Positions 9,852 to 19,707 of a stretch of 24,000 nucleotides of DNA are shown here, one piece after another (within the stretch, counting starts at the first letter, position 1; every line of letters starts with the position of its first letter). The stretch spans positions 2,348 to 26,347 of the forward strand of contig ASRH01000005.1 in assembly GCA_000565255.1 (NCBI GenBank). Direction: 5' to 3'. The DNA is from Candidatus Aramenus sulfurataquae (GTDB taxonomy: Archaea > Thermoproteota > Thermoprotei_A > Sulfolobales > Sulfolobaceae). Position numbers and translations under genes: made by a program. The notes under the pieces are model-generated. The model saw nothing but the letters and a program-made list of their open reading frames with translations. It was not told the DNA's origin and did not search any database.

Positions 9852-10151
9852 TCAAAGTTTATAAAACAGCATTATAATGACCGATGTCAAAAGGAACAAT
9901 AGTCCGTCAGAAATGTGGGACGTCATTCCCTTATACACCAAGTAGTACCCCAACGCATTTATAGCAATTAACGGGACGTAAAGGATGGAAGATGACAGGT
10001 AAAAATATGATGCCAAGAAAGGAGCAGTGACCCACACAACGTAAAAGCCCTTCTCGTTGCTCAACTTTCCCTTCAGGAGTCTGAAGTAAATGGGCGACAA
10101 CAAGCCATAGACCAGCATTATGAGGAAGGCGTAGTACATTAAAACTCTCAA
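9852..10151 (-). CDS. Small hypothetical membrane protein
   Basis: 99 aa with about 3 hydrophobic segments; fills the gap between the zinc-ribbon gene and the enolase promoter. Confidence 0.55.
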   Translation of the reverse strand: MRVLMYYAFLIMLVYGLLSPIYFRLLKGKLSNEKGFYVVWVTAPFLASYFYLSSSILYVPLIAINALGYYLVYKGMTSHISDGLLFLLTSVIIMLFYKL

Positions 10152-10180
10152 CTCTATAAGTAAAGAAGTGATTTAAAAGA

Positions 10181-11425
10181 ATGAGTAGCGGGTTTGAAAT
10201 AAAAAAGGTAGAAGCAATGGAAATACTTGATTCTAGGGGTAACTTCACTGTAAGGACTTTCGTCACCACTAAGGCAGGCATAAGGGACTTCGGAGACGCG
10301 CCTGCAGGCGCCTCTAGAGGTATTAGGGAAGCTGTAGAGCTGAGAGATGAAGATGGCGGAGTTAGGAAAGCTGTAGAGTCGGTGAACTACTACATCAACT
10401 ACGCCCTTCACGGTATGGATGTCAGATACCAAAAGGACGTAGACTTAACCATGATAAAGCTTGACGGTACCGAGAACAAGTCTAGACTGGGGGGCAACTC
10501 CATAATCTCCACCTCCATAGCAGTCGCCAAGACTGCAGCCAGGGCCCTAGGGGTGGAGGTATTCGAGTACATTGGGGGGTTCAGGAACCATACGATCCCC
10601 GTGCCTCTCCTTAATATACTAAATGGAGGAAAACACGCAGGAAATCAATTGAAGATTCAAGAGTTTATCGTGATTCCGTTGGGCTTCGACTCGTTAAAGG
10701 AGGCCCTTAAAGCGTCTACCGCAGTCTACAAGACGTTAAAGAACTTGATAACGGAGAGGTATGGGAAGATTTACACAGCATTAGGCGACGAAGGGGGAAT
10801 TTCTCCACCCCTTTCAAAGACGGTGGACGCGTTAGACTTTATCTACACAGCAGTGAAGAACTCAGGTTACGAAGACAAGATATATCTTGGAATGGACGCT
10901 GCGGCATCTGAGTTTTACAATGAGAGGGAAAACGTGTACGAAATAGATGGATCGAAGAAGACTCCTGACGAGATGATCGACTTCTACAAGGACCTAGCTG
11001 ATGCCTACCCGATACTTTACCTTGAGGACCCATTTAACGAGAACGACTTCGAGAGATTCTCCGTACTCCAGAGCAAGCTCAAAAAGGTAATCGTCACAGG
11101 AGACGACCTCTACACGACAAACGCCAAGTACTTAAAGAAGGGCATAGAGGCTAAATCCACAACTGGAGTGATAGTGAAGCTAAACCAAGTTGGAACTGTG
11201 ACAGAAACCTTGGAGTTCTTCGACCTGGCTAGAGAGAACTCCATTAAGACGGTGGTCAGCCACAGAAGCGGGGAGACGGAGGACAACTTTATAGCCGACA
11301 TGGCAGTGGGACTAAATAGCGACTTCATAAAGACGGGAGCGCCGGCTAGAGGAGAGAGGACTAGTAAGTACAACAGACTCTTAGAAATAGAGAAAGAATA
11401 TGGCTTTAGGTACAAAAGGGTTTAA
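10181..11425 (+). CDS. eno: Enolase (phosphopyruvate hydratase)
   Basis: 414 aa; [94 protein letters not shown]. Confidence 0.96.
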   Translation: MSSGFEIKKVEAMEILDSRGNFTVRTFVTTKAGIRDFGDAPAGASRGIREAVELRDEDGGVRKAVESVNYYINYALHGMDVRYQKDVDLTMIKLDGTENKSRLGGNSIISTSIAVAKTAARALGVEVFEYIGGFRNHTIPVPLLNILNGGKHAGNQLKIQEFIVIPLGFDSLKEALKASTAVYKTLKNLITERYGKIYTALGDEGGISPPLSKTVDALDFIYTAVKNSGYEDKIYLGMDAAASEFYNERENVYEIDGSKKTPDEMIDFYKDLADAYPILYLEDPFNENDFERFSVLQSKLKKVIVTGDDLYTTNAKYLKKGIEAKSTTGVIVKLNQVGTVTETLEFFDLARENSIKTVVSHRSGETEDNFIADMAVGLNSDFIKTGAPARGERTSKYNRLLEIEKEYGFRYKRV

Positions 11426-11667
11426 GGCAGCAGTATACCTATAGCTATCAACACTAGCGCGATACCTAGTAGGAACAACAGGAACTGCTTAGTGGTCATC
11501 CTAGGTATTAGAGAGAACGCCTTAAAGAGTCCGTAAACAATACCTCCTAATACCATTAATGCTATTATTGCCAGCCCAACTAGTACTAGTATCTCTGAGA
11601 GGGAGCCGGAGTTCATGTGGTTGCCTAAAATTTGTGAAGTTATGTTATACAGAGTACCAAGCGACAT
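11422..11667 (-). CDS. Small hypothetical membrane protein (two predicted TM segments)
   Basis: 81 aa; [27 protein letters not shown] and [21 protein letters not shown]; SD-like GGTAAGGG upstream. Its stop codon overlaps the eno stop (TTAA). Confidence 0.6.
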   Translation of the reverse strand: MSLGTLYNITSQILGNHMNSGSLSEILVLVGLAIIALMVLGGIVYGLFKAFSLIPRMTTKQFLLFLLGIALVLIAIGILLP

Positions 11668-11745
11668 TTTCCCTTACCTAATATATCTAAATCAATTTTA
11701 TTTATAGACTGGGACTCAATAATACAAGTACTGTAAGGCGAACCG

Positions 11746-11792
11746 ATGATGAAGGTTAAAAGCTCTTAAAGGTGAAGAGAAATGCCTGCTGA
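11746..11792 (+). ncRNA. Candidate C/D-box sRNA
   Basis: C box ATGATGA (11746-11752), 12-nt guide, D'-like CTTA (11765-11768), 3-nt spacer, C'-like GTGAAGA (11772-11778), 10-nt guide, D box CTGA (11789-11792). Spacing fits archaeal dual-guide C/D sRNAs. Confidence 0.5.
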
Positions 11793-11805
11793 GGAGCCCT
11801 AACCC

Positions 11806-11852
11806 TTTTAAGTAAATACCGAGACAAAGGGTATTTTTGAGGAGTAATACCC
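11806..11852 (+). promoter_or_regulatory. cdvA promoter/leader with putative operator half-sites
   Basis: TATA-like TTTTAAGT (11806-11813); half-sites AAATACC (11814-11820), GGTATTT (11830-11836), AATACCC (11846-11852); SD-like GAGGAG (11839-11844) before ATG 11853. Confidence 0.5.
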
Positions 11853-12570
<718 letters not shown>

Positions 12571-12587
12571 CAAGCCAGTGAAATAGG

Positions 12588-13358
12588 ATGTTGAAAAAGT
12601 TATTTGTTTCTTACTTTAACAACGACAAGAAAAAGAAGGAACAGTTAGGGAGACTTCTCACTGAAATATCCATTAAGCTCAAGGATCAGCAAACAAGGAT
12701 TGACGAGTCCATAAGGAGGTTAAAGGACAGGGATAAGGAGCTCTTTGATAAAGTGGTAAGGGCACAGATAGACGGCGACTTCGCAAAGGCCACGATTTAC
12801 GCCCAGGAGATCTCCGAAATAAGGAAAATAATAAAGGTATTCTACACAGCCTACCTCGCGATAGAAAAAGTAAGGCTGAGGTTGGACACAGTACAAGAGG
12901 TACAGGGAGTGTCGTTGGTGCTTTTCCCCATTGTGAGGATCCTTGAAGGACTAAAAGATCAGATAAAGACGATCTCTCCGGAAATAGCTATGACCTTGGA
13001 CTCGATAACCAGTAGCGTAAACAGCATAGCTGCTGAGACGGGAATGATAAGCGACAGGAGCGTTGTGCCTGCAGTAATCGATGAACAAGCAAAGAAGATC
13101 TTGGAGGAGGCCCAGAAGAGCGCCGAGCAAAAGGTAAAGGAGCTCTTACCAGATCTACCTCACCCACCCACGGAGACTCCAGCCAAAGTGGAAGTAAAGA
13201 AGAGGCTAGACGAGAAGGAAATTCTAAACTACATATCCGAGACCGGTGGTTACCTAGACCTAGACTACGTTTCAAAGAGATACGGAGTTAGGAAGGAAGA
13301 GGTACTAAACCTGTTAAGGGAGATGTCTAGTAAGGGACTAATTAGCCTGGAGGCTTAA
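12588..13358 (+). CDS. cdvB: Cell division protein CdvB (ESCRT-III homologue)
   Basis: 256 aa; Snf7-like helical core, proline-rich MIM-like [17 protein letters not shown]-terminal winged-helix-like [46 protein letters not shown]. Confidence 0.95.
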   Translation: MLKKLFVSYFNNDKKKKEQLGRLLTEISIKLKDQQTRIDESIRRLKDRDKELFDKVVRAQIDGDFAKATIYAQEISEIRKIIKVFYTAYLAIEKVRLRLDTVQEVQGVSLVLFPIVRILEGLKDQIKTISPEIAMTLDSITSSVNSIAAETGMISDRSVVPAVIDEQAKKILEEAQKSAEQKVKELLPDLPHPPTETPAKVEVKKRLDEKEILNYISETGGYLDLDYVSKRYGVRKEEVLNLLREMSSKGLISLEA

Positions 13359-13360
13359 CC

Positions 13361-14467
13361 ATGAGTGCCCAGGTAATGCTAGAGGACATGGCAAGAAAGT
13401 ACGCCATTTTAGCTGTAAAGGCTGACAAAGAGGGTAAGGCTGAGGAAGCCGTAAACTATTATAAGAAAGCCATCGAGATCTTAACCCAGATAATAACCCT
13501 CTACCCGGACCACGTTGCTAGGCATGCGTATGAGCAGATGATAAACGAGTACAAGAGAAGAATTGAGGTACTCACCGAGCTAGTACCCACGGTAGATAAC
13601 GGAAAAAGTGACACAACTGACGATCTGGTAGTTAAGGACAAACCTAAGGTATCTTTCAACGACGTGGTAGGACTAGACGAGGTTAAGGAGGCATTAAAGG
13701 AGGCGATAGTTTACCCCACCAAGAGACCAGAGTTGTTCCCCCTAGGATGGCCAAGGGGTATACTGCTCTTCGGGCCCCCCGGATGCGGGAAGACTATGAT
13801 AGCTGCAGCCGTAGCTAACGAAATAGATTCCAAATTCATTCAAGTCGATGCCGCATCCATTATGTCAAAGTGGCTAGGAGAAGCTGAGAAAAACGTAGCA
13901 AAGATCTTTAACACAGCCAGAGAGCTGTCCAAAAAGGAGAACAAGCCTTCCATCATATTCATCGACGAAATAGACGCACTGTTAGGCGTTTTCGGTAACG
14001 AGGTTGGAGGAGAGGTCAGGGTTAGGAACCAGTTCCTGAAGGAGATGGACGGGCTCCTAGATAAGAGCGAGAACTACAAGGTATACGTAATAGGAGCGAC
14101 AAACAAGCCTTGGAGACTAGACGAACCCTTCCTGAGAAGGTTCCAGAAGAGAGTCTACATCCCTCTGCCAGACCTTCAGCAACGCAAGTCTTTAGTCAAT
14201 TACTACCTCTCCAAGATCCCTTCCCATAAGGTGAACGTAGATGAGGTAGCCAATGCACTCGAGGGCTATACTGCTAGCGACATAAGAGACGTGGTTCAGA
14301 CGGCGTACATGAAGATTGTCAAGGAAGTATTCGAGAAGGGATTACAGACACCTAGAGAGTTAACTACTGAGGACCTCCTAGAAGTGCTCAAGTACAGGAA
14401 GCCCAGTGTAAACCAAGACATAATAAAGGCCTACGAGAGTTGGTACGAGAAGTTCAAGGCACTATGA
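13361..14467 (+). CDS. cdvC: Cell division AAA+ ATPase CdvC (Vps4 homologue)
   Basis: 368 aa; N-terminal MIT-like repeat ([24 protein letters not shown]), Walker A GPPGCGKT, Walker [11 protein letters not shown], second region of homology [13 protein letters not shown]. Confidence 0.97.
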   Translation: MSAQVMLEDMARKYAILAVKADKEGKAEEAVNYYKKAIEILTQIITLYPDHVARHAYEQMINEYKRRIEVLTELVPTVDNGKSDTTDDLVVKDKPKVSFNDVVGLDEVKEALKEAIVYPTKRPELFPLGWPRGILLFGPPGCGKTMIAAAVANEIDSKFIQVDAASIMSKWLGEAEKNVAKIFNTARELSKKENKPSIIFIDEIDALLGVFGNEVGGEVRVRNQFLKEMDGLLDKSENYKVYVIGATNKPWRLDEPFLRRFQKRVYIPLPDLQQRKSLVNYYLSKIPSHKVNVDEVANALEGYTASDIRDVVQTAYMKIVKEVFEKGLQTPRELTTEDLLEVLKYRKPSVNQDIIKAYESWYEKFKAL

Positions 14468-14471
14468 AATC

Positions 14472-14523
14472 TCAGATACCTCGGGTTGGACCTCACCGAT
14501 CGGGCTGGCATGTCTCACATCAT
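14472..14523 (-). ncRNA. Low-confidence C/D-box-like sRNA candidate between convergent genes
   Basis: Minus strand: C-like ATGATGT (14523-14517), 13 nt, D'-like CCGA, 3 nt, weak C'-like GTGAGGT, 14 nt, D box CTGA (14475-14472). The surrounding 14470-14516 is 28/47 G+C by hand count. Confidence 0.3.
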
Positions 14524-16506
14524 CTCTTTAACTACATCTAATACAAACTTGCCAGTATATTTTGATTTCTCAAGCGACTTGATAACGCGGTCCCTAGGAT
14601 AGCCCGTCCTTATTGTCCACTCATTTATCCCTTCCTTGACCTTCTCCATGGCGTTTAAGTGATACCTGCATAACCCCCCATTTTCTGCCTCGAAGTCACA
14701 GTACTTACACTTTTGGTACTGGAGGTATCCAAGACCCTTAGCTATTTTCTCCCCTATCTTTTCCTTATTGCTATCAAACACTTCCACGTACTTGGCTATT
14801 TTCTCCCTCATCTCTTTTACTACTTCCTCTGAGTTAGTCTTACCGTATATTATGTCGTTTAGCTTTTGTTCCATATCTGCAGTCATCTTAACGTCTGTCA
14901 GCTCGCCGAAGAATTTGTCTAGCACCTCAGCTATAACTATTCCTAGCTTTGTTGGGACTATCGACTTCCCAGACAATTTTACATACTTTCTCTCAAAGAG
15001 GGTCTCTATGATCCTACCCCTAGTAGCCTCAGTGCCCAAATTTGAGCTCTCCATCCACTTCAAGAGCGTGGTCTTACTGAACCTCTGTGGGGGCTTACTC
15101 AGGGAGGTTATCACGCTAATTCCCTTAACGTTTACCTCCTCTCCTTCTTTAACCTCAAGGAGGGCCTCGTCCTTAACCTTCACGTAAGGGTAGATCTCCA
15201 GCCACCCCTTCTCCACTACCTCCTGGAGGCTTAGGCTAAGCTTTAGCCCACTTCTCTTAAACCTCAAAGCAACGCTCTGCCTTTCTATCCATGCGTCCAC
15301 AGACATGGAGGCAAGGAACCTCCTTACTATGAGCTCGTAAAGCTTGTACTGATCTCTCGGTAGCCTAGAGCCAAAGTACTGCGTAGGGTATATTGCAGGG
15401 TGAGCTGGATCGTCCTTTTCCCCTTGCCTTACAACGTACCTCCCATGAGTAAGCTTGTTTAGGAGAGACACTAAATAACCTAGGGGCCCTCTGGAAACAC
15501 CCTCCACTATTTCCCTCACGTTTACTGTCGGGGGAATTTTCTGGCTGTTAGTCCTGGGGTAACTTATTAGTCCGTCCAAGTAGAGTTCCTCTGCTAGCCT
15601 CTCCACCTTATACGGGGAGAAGCCGAAGAGCCTCCCCGCCTCTAACTGCAGGTCTATTAAATTAAAAGGTGGAGGTCTAACTAGTCTTGTCTTGTCTACC
15701 GAAACCCTCTCCACGAACAGTACGTCCCTCTTAAGCCTTTCAGCTAACTCCTTAGCCTCGGAAAGGACGTTAAACCTCCCCTCTAAAGGGGCATCGAATA
15801 CCCTGCCTTTTATCTCCACCTTTACCTTGACCTTGAACTCAGGTAAGGGTAAATGTAAGTACCTCTCCATTTCCCTGTTAACTACTTGGAGCAAAGTTGG
15901 GCTCTGAACCCTTCCAGCGCTTAAGATAACCCTCTTACCGGAAACCTTCTTTACGGATAACATGAGGGCTCTACTTACGTTAATCCCCCACAACCAGTCT
16001 ACCTTATGCCTAGCTATACCCGCGTCTACCATAGTTAGGTCAAGAGGTTGAAGGTTAGAGTAAGCCCTTAGTATCTCTTCCTTAGTCAACGCGTTAATCT
16101 TCATCCTCTTTGCGTTGGCGATGCCCCTTAGCTTATCTATAATAAGGTAACCTATGACTGAACCTTCGATGTCGTAGTCACAAGCGTTTACAAAGAACTT
16201 AGCGTTACCTGCAACGTAGTTTATCAAGTCCATGTACTTTTTGGTGTAATAGGCCTTCTTGTCTATTTTCCACAAGGGCTCCCACGACATATCGTAGACA
16301 GGAAACCCGCTGGCTCCATGTAACCCGTAAAGATGTCCTGCAGCAGTGACTATCACTATCTGTTCTCCATTAAAGCTCGCTTTCCAGTACTTTACGTTAC
16401 GATAGGAAAGCTGGAAGTACTTTCCGAAGGCTTCAGCTATCTTTTTCCCAGCCTTAGGTTTTTCAGCTATTATAACGACGTAAGGTTTTTTGTCAACCAA
16501 TAACAC
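14515..16506 (-). CDS. topA: Type IA DNA topoisomerase (topoisomerase III-like)
   Basis: 663 aa; Toprim VVIIAEKPKAGKKIAEAFGKYF, DYDIEGSVIGYLI, AGIARHKVDWLWGINVSRAL, active-site context LYLDGLISYPRTNSQKIP; C-terminal CKYC...CRYH putative zinc-binding residues. Confidence 0.93.
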   Translation of the reverse strand: MLLVDKKPYVVIIAEKPKAGKKIAEAFGKYFQLSYRNVKYWKASFNGEQIVIVTAAGHLYGLHGASGFPVYDMSWEPLWKIDKKAYYTKKYMDLINYVAGNAKFFVNACDYDIEGSVIGYLIIDKLRGIANAKRMKINALTKEEILRAYSNLQPLDLTMVDAGIARHKVDWLWGINVSRALMLSVKKVSGKRVILSAGRVQSPTLLQVVNREMERYLHLPLPEFKVKVKVEIKGRVFDAPLEGRFNVLSEAKELAERLKRDVLFVERVSVDKTRLVRPPPFNLIDLQLEAGRLFGFSPYKVERLAEELYLDGLISYPRTNSQKIPPTVNVREIVEGVSRGPLGYLVSLLNKLTHGRYVVRQGEKDDPAHPAIYPTQYFGSRLPRDQYKLYELIVRRFLASMSVDAWIERQSVALRFKRSGLKLSLSLQEVVEKGWLEIYPYVKVKDEALLEVKEGEEVNVKGISVITSLSKPPQRFSKTTLLKWMESSNLGTEATRGRIIETLFERKYVKLSGKSIVPTKLGIVIAEVLDKFFGELTDVKMTADMEQKLNDIIYGKTNSEEVVKEMREKIAKYVEVFDSNKEKIGEKIAKGLGYLQYQKCKYCDFEAENGGLCRYHLNAMEKVKEGINEWTIRTGYPRDRVIKSLEKSKYTGKFVLDVVKEMM

Positions 16507-16512
16507 ACCGCT

Positions 16513-16791
16513 TTATAGGTTTCTCAGAGACACTAACTCTACTTTGCCGTTGGGGTACCTTCTCCTTATTGTTATTGGGAGAACTTTTCTCCTAAGCTCT
16601 TCTTGGGCGATTGCAATACTGGTAAGGCTCTTCTGATCCATACCGCTTATGTCAATAAGGGGAGGAGCACCCATGGCCAGCTGTAAGGCCCTAGCACTGA
16701 TCACCCTTGCCCTCTCGTAAAGGGTAAGTCTAGTCTTCCAGCTCTCCGCGAACGTCTTGTTTAAGGGAGTTAAATACTCACTATCAGACAT
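16513..16791 (-). CDS. rpoK: DNA-directed RNA polymerase subunit Rpo6 (RpoK)
   Basis: 92 aa; [27 protein letters not shown]...[22 protein letters not shown], the conserved Rpo6/RPB6 core. Confidence 0.93.
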   Translation of the reverse strand: MSDSEYLTPLNKTFAESWKTRLTLYERARVISARALQLAMGAPPLIDISGMDQKSLTSIAIAQEELRRKVLPITIRRRYPNGKVELVSLRNL

Positions 16792-16826
16792 ACTAGAAAA
16801 TAGGGATTAACTTCTAAAAATAAATC

Positions 16827-17945
16827 TTACCATTCAACTTCGGCCCTTAAAAAGTCCGGCAGAGAGCACTGGGAAGGCGCCTTTAGACTTACCTCTTGTT
16901 TCAGAATATCAGAGAGCGCGGTCACAAGCTTATGGATTGCCCTATCGTCAACTACTCCCAGTATGCCTATTCTGACTATCTTCTCACGTAGTTCTCCCAT
17001 GCCCCCAGAGATCTCAATGCCCCTGTTCTTCAGTTCTGCAATTATGGACTTGGGGGATATCGGGGGCACGCCGGCCACTACAGTGTTGGAGAAATTGGAC
17101 TCGTTACCAAGAAGGGAGAAGCCCATCTCAGTGGTTACCTTCCTGAGATACCGGGCACATGCCTCGTGTCTTGCCCACCTGTTTTTGATTCCTTCCCTTT
17201 CCAGAAGTTCTGCAGCCCTTAGGGTAGCAAAGAATACCCCTACTGCTGGAGTAAAGGGAGTCTCGTGTTTGTCTTGGAACTTCAAGTAGAGTTGTATGTC
17301 GTGAAATGCTGGAACGTCTATCGAGCTCAAGTTAGATATTCCTTCCTTGGATAGGGCTACTAGGCCCATACCTGGCACGGACGCCAAGGCCTTTTGACTA
17401 CCTGTTGCCACGGCGTCGATTCCCCACTCGTTTACCAGCAGTTCATAGGCAGCGAAACCGGAGACAGAGTCCACCAACGCTTTCTTCCCCGAATCCTTAA
17501 TGGCCTTTACTACACTCCTCAATTCCCTAAACGCTATACCAGTGCTCGTCTCGTTATGGACCAATGCCACTGCAGAGGCGTCCTTGTTCTCCTCTACCAC
17601 CTTCTTTACTTCTTCTACGTTAAACGACTCTCCGGGGACCTTTCTGTAAACAACTGGCTGTGCTCCTCTACGCTTAACTGAGTCCAGCAACCTCTCGCTG
17701 AACTCGCCATACGTTAGCACCACAACTTTTTCTCCCCTTCTGAGCAAAGAGTAGACCATTGCCTCTACCGCTAGCGTGCCAGACCCAGTCAGCAACGCTA
17801 CCCTATCGGAGGAAAAGAGCTTAGCTAGCTTTCCCTCCAGTTGGGACACTACCTCTCTGAAGGCATCCGACCTGTGGTTCACTACCCTAGTGGCCTCAAA
17901 CTCCACGCTTCTGGGAACGTTAACGGGGCCCGGTATAAGAAGCAT
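16827..17945 (-). CDS. Class V aminotransferase (alanine-glyoxylate / serine-pyruvate aminotransferase family)
   Basis: 372 aa; [76 protein letters not shown] (PLP-Lys region). ATG directly abuts the upstream gene's TGA. Confidence 0.9.
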   Translation of the reverse strand: MLLIPGPVNVPRSVEFEATRVVNHRSDAFREVVSQLEGKLAKLFSSDRVALLTGSGTLAVEAMVYSLLRRGEKVVVLTYGEFSERLLDSVKRRGAQPVVYRKVPGESFNVEEVKKVVEENKDASAVALVHNETSTGIAFRELRSVVKAIKDSGKKALVDSVSGFAAYELLVNEWGIDAVATGSQKALASVPGMGLVALSKEGISNLSSIDVPAFHDIQLYLKFQDKHETPFTPAVGVFFATLRAAELLEREGIKNRWARHEACARYLRKVTTEMGFSLLGNESNFSNTVVAGVPPISPKSIIAELKNRGIEISGGMGELREKIVRIGILGVVDDRAIHKLVTALSDILKQEVSLKAPSQCSLPDFLRAEVEW

Positions 17946-18923
17946 TCACTTTACACCTATCTCGTTGATGGCGTTCAGCAAGTTCTGGGTCGTAATTACT
18001 GCTACCCTATACTGGGCTTCCTTAGTTTGAGCCCCTATGTGAGTGGTCACTATTACTCTCTCGTGCTTTAGCAGTTCCCACTCCCATTCGTCCTTAGGAG
18101 GCTCATTCCACAACACGTCAGTAGCATATGCCAGCACTTTGCCCTTCTTTACGTATTCAAGCAACGCAGGTCCATCTATAGCGACTGCCCTACTAGTGTT
18201 TACTATTATTACGTTATTCTTCATCTTCTCGAACTCTTGTCTATTTAGAATAGGCTTAGCGTCCTTCCCCACAGTGACGTGTAAGCTTATAACGTCGGAG
18301 TTTGCCAAGAGCTCGTCCAAAGTTACTGCCCTAGCTCCTATCTCCTCCGCCCTCTTTCTCACGTCAACTACGTCATAGGCAAGAACGTTCATACCTATTG
18401 CCTTAGCGACTAGGGCTACCTTTGTCCCTATCCTACCAAACCCTATGATACCTATTGTCTTGCCGCTTAACTCCACTCCGGACACCTTCTTGAAGATGCC
18501 AGATTTGGCCAGGCTCATAGACGTGTACATGTTCCTAGCAGCGGCTATCATAAGTCCAATTGTTAGCTCCGCTGCAGAATCGGTGGAAGCACCAGGGGCA
18601 TAGACGACCTTTATGTTCCTCTTGTCTGCCTCGTCAGTGTCAATGTTGTCTAGACCTATCCCAGCCCTAGCGATTATCTTGAGGTTCTTACCTCTTTCTA
18701 TGATCTCCTTATCTACCTTGGTTCTGCTCCTGACCACTATGACGTGATAGTTTTCAATAACTTTCAGTAGTTCTTCTCTCTTTATGTCGGGCAGGTAGGT
18801 GACGTTAAATCCGTTGCTCTTCAGTGTATCTAACATGTAGTTGTCTATGGGGTCTGTTATCAAGATCCTAAGATTTTCTCTATTTATAGAATTATATTTT
18901 ACGGAGTTTATGGTCTCCGCCAT
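17946..18923 (-). CDS. serA: D-3-phosphoglycerate dehydrogenase / 2-hydroxyacid dehydrogenase
   Basis: 325 aa; [49 protein letters not shown]-binding [38 protein letters not shown]; no ACT domain. SD-like GAGGTGA upstream of the ATG. Confidence 0.88.
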   Translation of the reverse strand: MAETINSVKYNSINRENLRILITDPIDNYMLDTLKSNGFNVTYLPDIKREELLKVIENYHVIVVRSRTKVDKEIIERGKNLKIIARAGIGLDNIDTDEADKRNIKVVYAPGASTDSAAELTIGLMIAAARNMYTSMSLAKSGIFKKVSGVELSGKTIGIIGFGRIGTKVALVAKAIGMNVLAYDVVDVRKRAEEIGARAVTLDELLANSDVISLHVTVGKDAKPILNRQEFEKMKNNVIIVNTSRAVAIDGPALLEYVKKGKVLAYATDVLWNEPPKDEWEWELLKHERVIVTTHIGAQTKEAQYRVAVITTQNLLNAINEIGVK

Positions 18924-18951
18924 TTAGATCACCTCAAACGAGAGAATTAGT

Positions 18952-19047
18952 TTAACATGATGATGAAAGGGAAACGGGCGAAAAGAATAGAATGAGCTTG
19001 AACGTGGTTAACTTTACGAGATGTAGGTTTAGTCCCTTTGTGTCCAT
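18952..19047 (-). CDS. Putative Ser-rich leader peptide upstream of serA (31 codons)
   Basis: Hand translation of the minus strand: MDTKGLNLHLVKLTTFKLILFFSPVSLSSSC*. SD-like GAGGT (19056-19052) 4 nt before the ATG; TATA-like AGTATATATACT (19076-19087) with an A-rich BRE-like element on its upstream side. Below the ORF track's size cutoff. Confidence 0.35.
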   Translation of the reverse strand: MDTKGLNLHLVKLTTFKLILFFSPVSLSSSC

Positions 19048-19075
19048 TTTTACCTCACATATTCGTGCAACTACT

Positions 19076-19087
19076 AGTATATATACT
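19076..19087 (-). promoter_or_regulatory. Putative TATA box driving the serA leader transcript
   Basis: Palindromic AGTATATATACT. Minus-strand upstream context GTGAATAAA(AGTATATATACT) is BRE-like; the plus-strand upstream context is not. Predicted start about 25 nt downstream, near 19055. Confidence 0.5.
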
Positions 19088-19092
19088 TTTAT

Positions 19093-19707
19093 TCACTTTA
19101 CTAACGTTTTAGTTTCTTTAAACCATATGAACAAATCAAGAAGACCTAGTTGAATATTTAAATTAGCTGAGATCCCTCTTAAAACTGATTCTAAATAAAT
19201 ATACTTAGTTTTTGTCAAATGTTTATTGCTTATAACTAAGTAATTTTGAATAAAATTCAAGATATGTCTGTCAATTATGGCTAGGTCAAAGTAACCAACG
19301 TTCCTCAGAAAGTGGCTAGCCTCCTTCATCCCTATCCCATGCAAGTTAAGCAGGAATTCGCGTGCCCTTAGCTGGTCTACGTCTGCAATTTCCTTTACGG
19401 TTCTCTTCAGTTTACCGTAAATGAGCTCCCTATTCTTGACTATGTAAGTTGCCTTTAAGTTGTAAAACCTATAACCACTCTCCTTCAGCGCCTTAGCTAT
19501 CTCCTCCCTTGTGCCAACGTATATACTGTCGCCTAAAGATTGAAGGGAATGGTAGGCAGAAACGAAGGAGGAATTAGCAGTCAATATGCAGAAAACCAAC
19601 TCCCTGAACCAGAGGTCTTCGTCACCTAGGTTGTTTAACTTAAACTCCTCAGCCCTTTCTAGAACTCTTGCCCTTAACTTTGCGTTTCTTAGCAGACTTC
19701 TTAGCAC
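19093..19707 (-). CDS. ogg: Archaeal 8-oxoguanine DNA glycosylase/AP lyase (Ogg)
   Basis: 204 aa; helix-hairpin-helix [32 protein letters not shown] and C-terminal [18 protein letters not shown] typical of the archaeal Ogg2 family. Start codon GTG. Confidence 0.92.
   Translation of the reverse strand: MLRSLLRNAKLRARVLERAEEFKLNNLGDEDLWFRELVFCILTANSSFVSAYHSLQSLGDSIYVGTREEIAKALKESGYRFYNLKATYIVKNRELIYGKLKRTVKEIADVDQLRAREFLLNLHGIGMKEASHFLRNVGYFDLAIIDRHILNFIQNYLVISNKHLTKTKYIYLESVLRGISANLNIQLGLLDLFIWFKETKTLVK

Noticed and set aside
10235-10330. Enolase variants NFTVRTF and DAPAGASRG instead of the usual NPTVEV / PSGASTG, considered as signs of a non-enolase paralogue.
   Set aside because: From memory, other Sulfolobales enolases carry a similar AGAS loop, and the catalytic EDP, GDD and SHRSGE segments are intact, so this looks like an ordinary enolase.
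10839-11415. Minus-strand 64 aa and 101 aa ORFs inside eno.
   Set aside because: Antisense to a full-length, well-supported enolase; no independent promoter or SD evidence.
11746-11809. Tiny plus-strand ORFs MMKVKSS* and MPAEEP* upstream of cdvA as possible uORFs.
   Set aside because: Very short, no SD in front, upstream of the likely cdvA TATA box, and overlapping the better-supported C/D-box arrangement.
12988-13275. 95 aa minus-strand ORF inside cdvB.
   Set aside because: Entirely antisense to cdvB, with no supporting signals.
17394-18378. Plus-strand ORFs of 76-111 aa opposite the aminotransferase and serA.
   Set aside because: Antisense to strongly supported genes; Ser/Leu-rich shadow translations.
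18958-19005. Plus-strand TGATGATGA after 18957 looks like the C box of a C/D sRNA.
   Set aside because: No CTGA D box at suitable distance and no convincing C'/D' pair on the plus strand. The run is better explained as the complement of the TCA TCA TCA codons of the minus-strand leader ORF.
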